A stretch of 64,000 bases of DNA, taken from the NCBI GenBank assembly GCA_963781585.1, contig CAWAGQ010000006.1:192001-256000 (forward strand). Reading direction: 5' to 3'. The position numbers were made by a program, and so were the translations under genes. Positions 52,430 to 61,170 of the stretch are shown here, piece after piece. The notes under the pieces were generated by a model, which saw only the letters and a program-made list of their open reading frames with translations, did not search any database and was not told where the DNA came from. The DNA comes from an uncultured Gemmatimonadaceae bacterium. Its GTDB lineage: Bacteria; Gemmatimonadota; Gemmatimonadetes; Gemmatimonadales; Gemmatimonadaceae. Each line of letters begins with the position of its first letter. Position 1 is the stretch's first letter.

Positions 52430-52688
52430 GTACCTCCCGCATGGCAGTTGGACCCCGTCAATTGCCTGGCTCGTTATCTGGAAGGGCGCCGATGGCGGCG
52501 ACACGCAAACGTTAGTCAATGTGCAGACAGGGAAGCGAACGTCGGTCGTCCTGCCCTCTTCCTCGCGGGTTGTTGGATTCGGGGGAGGAACAGTCTATGT
52601 TGCTGAGGCAGACAGCAACGGTTTCGAATGGCTGCGACGGGTCCCGCTTCCGGCTTTGGGTGGTACAGCCGGTGGTGCACAGAGGTGA
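52430..52688 (+). pseudogene. Beta-propeller protein C-terminal remnant
   Basis: LP...RVVGFG.GTVYV...D..G..WLRR resembles the type B C-termini. Confidence 0.5.
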
Positions 52689-53023
52689 GGAGACCCACTC
52701 TGGATAGGCCAAGCGAAATCATGATTAAGTGCATCTTGATACTCCCGGCGTGCGCTCTCGAACTTGCCGTTATCGGTAGCCATGGCGTGGTCGCGCCTCA
52801 AGTGCGTATTTCGCCACATCTCGTTCACCGATTTCGCTCCAAGCCGTTCACCCATTTCGGTCCAAGCCGTTCAGTCGTTTCGCTCCAAGCCGTTCGCTCA
52901 TTTCGGCCCATGCCGGTCACCCGTGCCGGTCCAAGGCGATCGGGCGTGATGCGATGAGTTGAGGGCCGCGGGATCCCGTCCACTGCCAGCGATCCTTCCG
53001 GGAACTCTTTCCGGAGCGACGCC

Positions 53024-54685
53024 GTGGCAGCTGTGAGGGTATCCATGCGGAAGGTCCTTGACGTCGTGCGGCTCCGCTTCGAGGCGGGCCGCAGCCAGCA
53101 TGAGATCGGGCTCGCCCTGGGGCTGGCGCAGAGCACCGTCGGCGAGTACCTGCGCCGCTTTCAGGCGAGCGGGCTCGCGTGGCCGCTCGCCGCGGACCTC
53201 GACGAGGCGGTGCTCGAGGCGCGGCTCTTTGCTCGTCCCGCTGCGCCGGCGGCCGAGGCGAGACCGCTCCCCGACTGGCCGACTGTTCACCGCGAGCTCC
53301 GGCGCAAGGGGGTGACGCTCCAGCTCCTGTGGCACGAGTACAAACAGGGCGAAGCGGACGGCGCGGCGTGCTATCAGTACACTCAGTTCTGCCGCCACTA
53401 CCACGCGTGGGCCGCCCAGCTCGATCCGGTGCTCCGGCAGCAGCACACAGCGGGCGAGCGCACCTTCGTGGACTATGCGGGCCAGACCATCGACGTCGTC
53501 GACACGACGACGGGCGAGGTCCGCGCGGCGCAGCTCTTCCTCGGCGTGCTCGGCGCAAGCAACTACTTCTTCGCGGAGGCAACGTGGACGCAGACGCTGC
53601 CGGACTGGATCGCGTCGCATGTGCGCATGGTCGAGTATTTCGGGGGCGTCAGCGCCTTGATCGTGCCCGACAATTTGCGGAGCGGCGTGACGCACGCCTC
53701 GTTCTACGAGCCGACCGTCAACGCGACCTATCAAGACTTCGCCACCCATTACGGCACGGCGATTCTACCCACGCGGGCCGCGCGGCCCCGCGACAAGGCG
53801 AAAGCGGAGTCGGGCGTGCTGGTCGCCGAGCGCTGGCTCCTGGCCCCCCTGCGCCATCACACCTTTACGTCGCTCGCGGAGCTCAATGGCGCGATTGCGC
53901 AGTTGCGGGAGGTTGCGAACGACCGGCCGTTCCAGAAGCTCGCCGGCTCGCGCCGCTCGCTCTTCGAGACGCTCGACCAACCGGCGCTCCGCCCGCTGCC
54001 CGCCACGCGCTACGAGCTGGCGGAATGGCGCACGGCGAAGGTGAACATCGATTATCACATCGCGGTCGACGGCCACTTCTATAGTGTGCCGTATGCCCTG
54101 GTGCGCGCGGCGGTCCGTGTCCGCCTCACCGCGTCGATGATCGAGGTGCTGCATGAGGGCAAGCGGGTGGCGACCCATGCGCGGAGCGCGCAGCGCGGGT
54201 GCTTCACGACCGAGCCCGCGCATCGGCCCAAGTCGCATCAGGCGCACCTCGAGTGGACGCCCTCCCGTCTGGTCCACTGGGGCGCCAGCATTGGCCCGTC
54301 GACCGGGGCGCTCGTGACGAGGATCCTCGAGCGCTGGCCGCATCCCGAGCAGGGGTACCGCGCGTGTCTCGGCCTCTTGTCCCTGCGCAAACGCTACCCC
54401 GACGCGCGGCTGGAAGCCGCGTGTGTCCGCGCGCTCACCACCGGCGCGACGAGTTACAAGTCGGTGAAGTCGATCCTCGCCGCCGGGCTCGATCAGGTCG
54501 CCCCGGAGGAGCCACCACCCCTGCGGCTGCCGGCGACGCACGCCCACATCCGCGGCGCCGACTACTACGCCGACTCCCCGGCTCCGGAGTCCGCGCTGGA
54601 ACTCCCCCGGTCGTCTTCGGCCTCCTTGTCCTCCTCCTCCTCCTCCTCCTCCTCCTCCTCTACGTCTGGAGACCGCTCATGCTGA
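53024..54685 (+). CDS. istA: IS21 transposase IstA
   Basis: FVDYAG, VPDNLRSGV, PRDKAKAE DDE motifs; HFYSVPY. Confidence 0.96.
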   Translation: MAAVRVSMRKVLDVVRLRFEAGRSQHEIGLALGLAQSTVGEYLRRFQASGLAWPLAADLDEAVLEARLFARPAAPAAEARPLPDWPTVHRELRRKGVTLQLLWHEYKQGEADGAACYQYTQFCRHYHAWAAQLDPVLRQQHTAGERTFVDYAGQTIDVVDTTTGEVRAAQLFLGVLGASNYFFAEATWTQTLPDWIASHVRMVEYFGGVSALIVPDNLRSGVTHASFYEPTVNATYQDFATHYGTAILPTRAARPRDKAKAESGVLVAERWLLAPLRHHTFTSLAELNGAIAQLREVANDRPFQKLAGSRRSLFETLDQPALRPLPATRYELAEWRTAKVNIDYHIAVDGHFYSVPYALVRAAVRVRLTASMIEVLHEGKRVATHARSAQRGCFTTEPAHRPKSHQAHLEWTPSRLVHWGASIGPSTGALVTRILERWPHPEQGYRACLGLLSLRKRYPDARLEAACVRALTTGATSYKSVKSILAAGLDQVAPEEPPPLRLPATHAHIRGADYYADSPAPESALELPRSSSASLSSSSSSSSSSSTSGDRSC

Positions 54686-55434
54686 TGCAACAAACGCTCG
54701 ACCTCCTGCACACGCTGCGGCTCCCCGGAATGGCCCAAGCGCTCGAAGAACAGCAGGGTGTGCCGGATCTCGCGAGTCTCGCTTTTGAAGACCGCCTCGC
54801 GCTCCTCCTTGAACGGGAGCGCCTCGGCCGCGACGATCGGCGACTCACGCGGCTGCTCCAGATCGCACGCTTTCGCGAGGCGGCCTGTCTGGAGGACGTG
54901 AACTTCCGCGTGAAGCGCGGCCTCGACCGGAACATCTTCCTCCGGCTCGGTACCGGCGACTGGATCCGGCACCATGACGTGATTCTCATGGTCGGTCCCA
55001 CTGGAACGGGGAAGACCTGGCTGGCCTGTGCGCTCGGCCACAGTGCGTGCCGCCAAGGGCACGTGGTCCGCTACGTCCGTCTGCCGCGACTCCTCAGCGA
55101 GCTGGCGATTGCGCGCGGTGATGGATCGTACGGACGGCTCCTGCAACAACTCGCCAAGACCGACCTGCTCATCCTGGATGACTGGGGGCTCGCCCCGCTC
55201 GGCGATCGCGAACGCCGCGATCTCCTCGAAGTGATCGAAGATCGATCCGGTCGGCGCTCGACTCTCGTAACCAGCCAAGTGCCCGTGGACCACTGGCACG
55301 AACTCGTCGGCGACGCCACGTTTGGCGACGCCATCCTCGATCGCCTCGTCCATCACGCGCACCGCATCACGCTGACCGGAGGCTCGCTCCGGAAACTCAA
55401 ACCGGCCCAGGCCGTGTCCCCTACCACCGAATAA
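54679..55434 (+). CDS. istB: IS21 helper ATPase IstB
   Basis: GPTGTGKT, LLILDDWG, TSQ, DAILDRLVH. Confidence 0.96.
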   Translation: MLMQQTLDLLHTLRLPGMAQALEEQQGVPDLASLAFEDRLALLLERERLGRDDRRLTRLLQIARFREAACLEDVNFRVKRGLDRNIFLRLGTGDWIRHHDVILMVGPTGTGKTWLACALGHSACRQGHVVRYVRLPRLLSELAIARGDGSYGRLLQQLAKTDLLILDDWGLAPLGDRERRDLLEVIEDRSGRRSTLVTSQVPVDHWHELVGDATFGDAILDRLVHHAHRITLTGGSLRKLKPAQAVSPTTE

Positions 55435-55994
55435 CCGTGACTCCACCGATCCCGTGTCTCTCCGCTCGTCGCTGAACGCGATCGTCCGAACCCCGTGAAC
55501 GCTTTGGAGCGAAACGGCTGACCGGCTTCACGCGAAACGCGTGACCGACTTGAGCGAAATACGCATCAAGGTGGCGGCGCATGGTTTGAGCTCACAGGGC
55601 GCGGTCCAGTCACTGTAGAAGTGGACACGAGCTGGCTGCCGATTGACAGTGTGGGAGTGCGGTTTCAGATGAGAGTCACCTACAGGGACCGCAGCTTGTT
55701 CCGCACTTCGTCGAGGGCGGACACGGGGTCAGTAGGGATACGTCCCTTGGCGAGGAGTACCGTACAGCGGATTAGTGAGCACTATGTCGACTGCGGCCAC
55801 CAGCGAATCCGACTGGTGCGACTGGTTGAGGTCGATTCCGCGGGCAGTGCCGTAGTTGAGCGGGCAGGAGCCGTCGACCGCTGGGAACCGTTCGGGGCCT
55901 TCTTCGGATCTATCGCGACCCCTTCCTTCTGTATGCGCTAGAGTTCGCGCGAGGTAGCTATCTCATGATCTGGGCTTGACCTGATGTTGCCTTG

Positions 55995-56259
55995 ACAACG
56001 TGGATGCCCAGTTGCCGTCGAGGCCGGCATCTCGGACATCGTGGCGTTTCAGCGCTGTGCCGCGGACTCCGTGTCGGTTCCTCGCATTGAGGCCGGCGTT
56101 GCAGCGGCCAACAGGCTCGGAATAACGTCCACACCGACAGTGATTGTTAACGGGTGGCGCTTCATGACGATGCCGCCGGATACGCTTCTCATGCGCGTTG
56201 TGTCGGATTTGCTGATTGGGAAACGTCCGTTCGCCACGTCCGGCCAACCTCCGCCGTGA
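55995..56259 (+). pseudogene. DsbA-like thioredoxin C-terminal remnant
   Basis: A.EAGISD...F.RC and LGITSTPTVIVNG; the CxxC-containing N-terminus is absent. Confidence 0.7.
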
Positions 56260-56290
56260 AGGGTCCGGGAGCCATGCTTCGATGTGATGT

Positions 56291-57481
56291 ATGGTAGGCG
56301 CAACAGCCGCATGTGGCGAACGGCTTGCGGCAGTAGGCCCGTCGCCTGATACCCGGCGCGCGATGCGACCTCTCTTGTGGAGCGCATTCGCGACTCTCGC
56401 TGCGCCGGCGCTGTCACTGGCACAGCAGATCCCGCGCACGACGCTCGAACGCCGAGATGCCACGGTCGATTTTGCATTCAACCACATCCATGGTTGCCGT
56501 GAACTATCGGACGGGCGTGTCCTGATCGGCGACGACTACGAGAGGACGCTCTATCTGATCGACTTTGCGGCCGGAAGGGCAACGGCTCTTGGCAGGTCCG
56601 GCTCGGGACCGGGAGAATTCGAATCGGTAAGCGCGCTTCACCTTATGGCAGGCGATTCGACGCTTCTGGAAGACCGCCGGCAAGGTCGCTGGCTGTACTT
56701 GCAGGGGCCCCGGGCGGTCGAAACGATCAACGCGATCACTCGTTTCGGGTACACCCCGACCCTTCACGGAGTGGACAGCATGGGGAGGTTCCTGGAGCTC
56801 CGACCTTCGCTGTATGGCAAGTCTCCCGGCCTCCCCGCTTTGCGCATTCAATCGTCAGCAGAGTCGCTGCTGGTCATTGTCGGCCATCGGAGCGGAGCCT
56901 CCGCGGATACCTTGGGGCGGATACGGGGTCAATTTCGAGGTGTCAGGGAGGTCATGAAACCGCTGGTCGCTGGTGGCCCGAGCGTTTCCAGAATAGTGGG
57001 CAACCCCTTGGCCGAGGAGGAACAGGCCATTCTGCTCCTGGATGGGTGGGCCGCGATCATCTTCGCTGATCCATATCACGTCGAATGGATCACTCCGCGA
57101 AAGGTGAGGGTGCGCGGTCCCCCCCTTCCATTCCAACGAGTGCTGGTCGACGACGCGCAGAAGCGGTACGCGGTAGAGATGAGCCGCGGTTACCGGGGTC
57201 AGTTTTCACCGCACGAACTGCCCGGGTGGCCAGCCATCCTTCCTCCGTTCCTGAACGATGCAGTTCTTGCCCTTCCGGATGGACGAATTGCCATTCGGCG
57301 CACACCGGTGGCTGGTGCGGGTGAGATATTGTATGACATAGTGGACCGCAGCGGGCGGCTGACGTCCCGAATTGCTGTGTCGCCTCGTCAGCGAATAGTG
57401 GGATTCGGTCCGCGTGCAGCATATGTCGTGAGTGAATCAGGTGACGACAGCGAACGCCTCGATCGTTATCAGTGGCCGTAG
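56291..57481 (+). CDS. 6-bladed beta-propeller-like exported protein (type B)
   Basis: Near-identical to 37978-39168; likely start is ATG 56363. Confidence 0.75.
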   Translation: MVGATAACGERLAAVGPSPDTRRAMRPLLWSAFATLAAPALSLAQQIPRTTLERRDATVDFAFNHIHGCRELSDGRVLIGDDYERTLYLIDFAAGRATALGRSGSGPGEFESVSALHLMAGDSTLLEDRRQGRWLYLQGPRAVETINAITRFGYTPTLHGVDSMGRFLELRPSLYGKSPGLPALRIQSSAESLLVIVGHRSGASADTLGRIRGQFRGVREVMKPLVAGGPSVSRIVGNPLAEEEQAILLLDGWAAIIFADPYHVEWITPRKVRVRGPPLPFQRVLVDDAQKRYAVEMSRGYRGQFSPHELPGWPAILPPFLNDAVLALPDGRIAIRRTPVAGAGEILYDIVDRSGRLTSRIAVSPRQRIVGFGPRAAYVVSESGDDSERLDRYQWP

Positions 57482-57687
57482 CCCGGAGGTGGCGGTGTAT
57501 GTCCCGAAGTTGGTTGATAATCGGGTGGGTGCCTGGCTAACGAATGCTGCGCAGTGTTGTCGCCGGCCGGTGCACCCCAAGGGATCTTGCCCGGCCCACC
57601 GGCGACCGCCAGTTTGAACAAGATACGGTTCCTCTGGGACGCGGAATGTCGACGGCGCAGGCGCGCATTCGTCCGTTACGAGGCGGA

Positions 57688-58494
57688 GTGCCGATGCCGT
57701 GGACCCTCGGGAAACAGGTGGTTGGCGCGCTATGCCTGGCGGCGTCAATCTGCGCGCTCTCCTCCACCGCCAAGGCTCAGCGCAGCGGGATCGTCCTGAG
57801 CGTCGTGGTTCGGGATGCCGACACCGGTGAACCCGTGGCAGGCGCAGAAGTGACAGTGCGAGATGCAAACCTGCAGTCGCGCACTGACTCACTCGGCCGC
57901 GTGGTCTTCTCGAACGTCCCGACACCCTCGGGTTCCATCGACGTGCGGCGCCTTGGGTACGCGTCGCTCGAGACCACGTTTCGCTCAGCCGAACGTGATA
58001 CGGTGCGGCTGATGGTCCGGCTGGAACCGGTCGCGCAGGCCCTGCCGCGTGCATCCGTCGTTGATACCGAAGGTCTGTCGCGGCTTCCCGAATTCGAGTC
58101 GAGACACGGAAAGCGGTTTGGCCGGTTCATCACCGAGAAGGAGATCCGTGCCGCTCTCGGTAGTACGCTGTCTGACCTGGTCATGACGAAGATCCCTGGC
58201 CTGCGCATCAGCTACGTTCCCGGATTTGGCGCGAAGGCATATAGCACTCGTGGACCTCGGTCGATCCATGTGGATCTATGCCAGGTGGCGGTCTACCTGG
58301 ATGGCGTCCGGGTGTCTAATGGAGTCGTCGATCTGGTCGCGCTCAGCCTACTGGCTGGCGTGGAGTACTACCCGCCCGGGTTCGTGCCCGTCCAGTACAA
58401 AGTTCTGGGTGCAGCGCCCGGCATGGGGCGCATCCCTTCGGAGGAAGGCGGGAGCGCGGAGTGCGGGGTGCTGCTGCTCTGGACGATCCGCTGA
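57688..58494 (+). CDS. CarboxypepD_reg-like + TonB plug-like domain exported protein (no barrel)
   Basis: VRDADTGEPVAGAEV, RTDSLG, VRRLGY, then GRFIT..EI, C...VYLDG, GVEYY, CGVLLLWT. Confidence 0.8.
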   Translation: MPMPWTLGKQVVGALCLAASICALSSTAKAQRSGIVLSVVVRDADTGEPVAGAEVTVRDANLQSRTDSLGRVVFSNVPTPSGSIDVRRLGYASLETTFRSAERDTVRLMVRLEPVAQALPRASVVDTEGLSRLPEFESRHGKRFGRFITEKEIRAALGSTLSDLVMTKIPGLRISYVPGFGAKAYSTRGPRSIHVDLCQVAVYLDGVRVSNGVVDLVALSLLAGVEYYPPGFVPVQYKVLGAAPGMGRIPSEEGGSAECGVLLLWTIR

Positions 58495-58562
58495 GGGGCG
58501 AGAATCGCGACAAACTCGCCGATACTGAATGACGCCGGTGGGGGAGGCCCCGCCGAGTGCCG

Positions 58563-58991
58563 CTAGGGCGCGTCAAGCGCGGGCAGCGCCGTCACACGCT
58601 TCCGCACGAGTTGAGCGGCCTGTATCACGTCCTTCAATAGCCGATCATCCATGTCGAGCGTGCCTTCGTATTCCGACAGGTTCCTTCGTTCATGCGCCTT
58701 GGCGAGAACGCGCCACGTTGCCGGTGGCAAACGCAGCGTGTGTGCCAGGGTCTGGAAGACGACGTAGCGATTCTCAGGGCGGTAGCCGTAATACCGGAGT
58801 GCCGCCAGTGCGAGCGCGTGGGCAGCGTTGTAGGCGAGATCGAACCGACCATCCATGGACAGGCCGACGTTGGTCGCATCCGCAAGGCGCGCTGTTCCGG
58901 ACTGGACGAGGTTGTCGAGTTCGCGCTGCGAAGGAGCCTCTCGCTTGAGGTGGCCGAGGCGGACGAGATTCTCGAGCTCAGGCGAGGTCAT
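58563..58991 (-). CDS. HEPN-like protein (putative toxin)
   Basis: Helical; LAYNAAH..A.AAL..GYR and RRNLSEY; coupled to the upstream nucleotidyltransferase. Confidence 0.7.
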   Translation of the reverse strand: MTSPELENLVRLGHLKREAPSQRELDNLVQSGTARLADATNVGLSMDGRFDLAYNAAHALALAALRYYGYRPENRYVVFQTLAHTLRLPPATWRVLAKAHERRNLSEYEGTLDMDDRLLKDVIQAAQLVRKRVTALPALDAP

Positions 58992-59583
58992 CGTCGGAGC
59001 CGATCAGGAAGTGGCGAGGCTGGCGGGCGATGCGGGATGCGAACGAGCCGGCCAGGTCGCGTTTGGCCTTCCATTCGGCGCGCGTCATGACATTCGGGTT
59101 GACGGGCCGCGCGAGCAGTCGCTCCGCTCCTTGAAATGCCATGAACAGATCCGGGTAGCTCACGCTGTCGCTGATCACCAGGACGTCGATGTCGCTCCTG
59201 ACTGTGTCGCGGCCCCGGGCCACCGATCCGTACACGAACGCGGCGGCGATCCGCTTCGCAAAGGGTGCGAGGGCGCGCCGCAGCGGGCTGACAACCCCCA
59301 CGGTCTTGACCACCAGCCGGTGCAGCTCGCCGAAGATCGGGCTGTCGCGATTCGCCTGGTAGTGCTTCTGGTTCCCGGAACGGGTCACGGTGATGATCCC
59401 GGCGTCCGCGAGCCGCGTCAGCAACCGGTGCACCGCCCCGGTGCCGCTTCCCGCGAGACGAATCAATTCCGCGCTCTGGAAACGCCGTCGCGGCTGTCCG
59501 AACAGCAGGGCGAGGACGCGCTGCTGCACGGGGGTGAAGAGGACGTCGGCCAAGCCACGAGGTGGTCGGGAGATCGTTCCCAT
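58978..59583 (-). CDS. HTH + minimal nucleotidyltransferase (MNT antitoxin)
   Basis: N-terminal wHTH; YGSVARG..SDIDV motif. Confidence 0.88.
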   Translation of the reverse strand: MGTISRPPRGLADVLFTPVQQRVLALLFGQPRRRFQSAELIRLAGSGTGAVHRLLTRLADAGIITVTRSGNQKHYQANRDSPIFGELHRLVVKTVGVVSPLRRALAPFAKRIAAAFVYGSVARGRDTVRSDIDVLVISDSVSYPDLFMAFQGAERLLARPVNPNVMTRAEWKAKRDLAGSFASRIARQPRHFLIGSDDDLA

Positions 59584-59614
59584 ATTGGGTATGATCATAC
59601 CCAATATGGGAACG
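59575..59614. promoter_or_regulatory. Perfect 40-bp palindrome, probable TA operator
   Basis: CGTTCCCATATTGGGTATGATCATACCCAATATGGGAACG overlaps the MNT start codon. Confidence 0.75.
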
Positions 59615-59861
59615 CGCAGCAAGCCCCCGGCGACGCTTCGGACCTCCGATGCCGCCTGACGTCCGTGATTCCACCTCGCCCGCGCGCATCCGAACAGTGT
59701 AGGCCTCCACCCGACGAACTACGGGAACCAGCCTGATTTTTCCGGTCAAGCCGCACCCGCAATGATTGTCGTGATTCCAACGCTCCACGCACGCCGTTGA
59801 CGTCGAATCCTGCGCCGCCATCGCGCCGTCGCGGGTAAGGCCACGTCGATCGCGCTGGTGC

Positions 59862-61091
59862 GTGGCGCTGATGCTCCAGCCCGGCTTGAGTGTGAGCACA
59901 CTGGCAGAGGTGAACGTTGGCTCAACCCAGCTCGCAAGCCTGGGGAAAGTGATCTTCACAGACAACGACCTGTCACGCGAGAGGAACCAGTCGTGCGCCG
60001 CGTGCCATAGTCCGGAATGGAGATGGACCGGACCGATTCCCACGATCAACGCCGCAGGTGCCGTATACGAGGGCTCGATCGCCGGCCGGTTTGGTAACCG
60101 GAAACCGCCATCGTCGGCGTATGCCACCATCAGCCCGGTTTTCCACCGTGAGCGTTCTGGACTTTTTGTGGGTGGCAACTTCTGGGACGGACGAGCGACG
60201 GGATTCAAGCTTGGCAACCCTGCCGCCGATCAGGCGCAGAGTCCTTTCCTGAACGCCCTGGAAATGGCGCTGCCAGACGCCGCCTGCGTAGTGTACCGCG
60301 TCTCGGTGTCGGCCTATGCCGGGCTGTACGCCGCCGTGTGGGGCGGCAACCTCGCGTCGATCGTTTTCCCTGGCACGACCGATGCCAGCTGTGCGGCGGG
60401 TACCCCAATCGCACTCGACGCGACGAACCGCGCCAAGGTGAACGACGAAATCGACAACATTGCCCGCTCGATCGCCGCGTTCGAAGGCTCACCGGAATCG
60501 AATCAGTATTCCTCCAGGTTCGACGCGTGGAAGGCCGGACTTGCATCCCTGACTAAGGAGGAGGTAAAGGGGTGGTCGCTATTCCAGGGCAAGGGAGGGT
60601 GCCAGGGCTGCCACGTATCGCGCGGACCACGCCCGGCATTCACCGACTTCACGTTTGACAACATCGGCGTCCCGAAGAACCCTGCGAATCCGGTGTACAA
60701 CGGCACCCCGGGCTTCATCGACTACGGACTCGGGGGCTTCCTGGCGTCGATGCCCTCGCTGGGCAATCCGGTGCCCGAAATGGGAAAACAGAAGGTGCCA
60801 ACCCTGCGGAACGTGGACCGCCGTCCGTTCCCGCTGGCAGCGAAGGCCTACATGCACAACGGGGTGTTCAAGAGCCTCGAAGAGGTCGTGCACTTCTACA
60901 ACACGCGGGACGTCCTCCCACGCTGCGCGTCGACGCCTTCTCCGGTATTCGGCGTGAACTGCTGGCCCGAGCCGGAAGTGCTGCAGAACATGAACACCGA
61001 CGAACTCGGCAATCTGGGCCTGAGCGCAGCCGAGGAGAGTGCGCTGGTCGCGTTCCTGCGTACGCTGTCCGACGGATTCTTCAACCGCTAG
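59862..61091 (+). CDS. Di-heme cytochrome c peroxidase (MauG/CCP family)
   Basis: CAACH and CQGCH; FWDGRA, KVPTLRNV, YMHNG.F.SLEEVV.FY. Confidence 0.93.
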   Translation: MALMLQPGLSVSTLAEVNVGSTQLASLGKVIFTDNDLSRERNQSCAACHSPEWRWTGPIPTINAAGAVYEGSIAGRFGNRKPPSSAYATISPVFHRERSGLFVGGNFWDGRATGFKLGNPAADQAQSPFLNALEMALPDAACVVYRVSVSAYAGLYAAVWGGNLASIVFPGTTDASCAAGTPIALDATNRAKVNDEIDNIARSIAAFEGSPESNQYSSRFDAWKAGLASLTKEEVKGWSLFQGKGGCQGCHVSRGPRPAFTDFTFDNIGVPKNPANPVYNGTPGFIDYGLGGFLASMPSLGNPVPEMGKQKVPTLRNVDRRPFPLAAKAYMHNGVFKSLEEVVHFYNTRDVLPRCASTPSPVFGVNCWPEPEVLQNMNTDELGNLGLSAAEESALVAFLRTLSDGFFNR

Positions 61092-61170
61092 GCAAGGGCG
61101 ATCCGACTCGTCAGGGGCCTGCTTCTCCAGGATGACGCGCGGCCACCAGGAACCGCGAGGAAACGACGGA

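Larger units (their letters stand above)
52803..55565 (+). mobile_element. Complete IS21 family element
   Basis: Terminal IR TGCGTATTTCGC / GCGAAATACGCA; 5-bp TSD TCAAG on both sides; 23-bp subterminal repeats; istA-istB. Confidence 0.96.
52721..55941 (+). pseudogene. Exported protein (surface-adhesin-E-like) interrupted by IS21
   Basis: 52721-52802 joined to 55571-55941 gives an in-frame MIKCILIL..APQGGGAWFEL..VDTS..VDC..RIR..FCMR. Confidence 0.7.

Noticed and set aside
52120..52430. Possible small ORFs after regulator copy 4
   Set aside because: Short and conflicting on both strands, with no RBS or recognisable motif; probably decayed sequence.
52808..52910. 23-bp periodic repeats resembling a mini-CRISPR
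   Set aside because: No unique spacers; they lie just inside the IS21 left IR and are mirrored at the right end, as expected for transposase-binding repeats.
34000..59600. Integron, prophage or ICE interpretation of the array
   Set aside because: No integrase, attC-like sites, phage or conjugation genes were recognised in the window.
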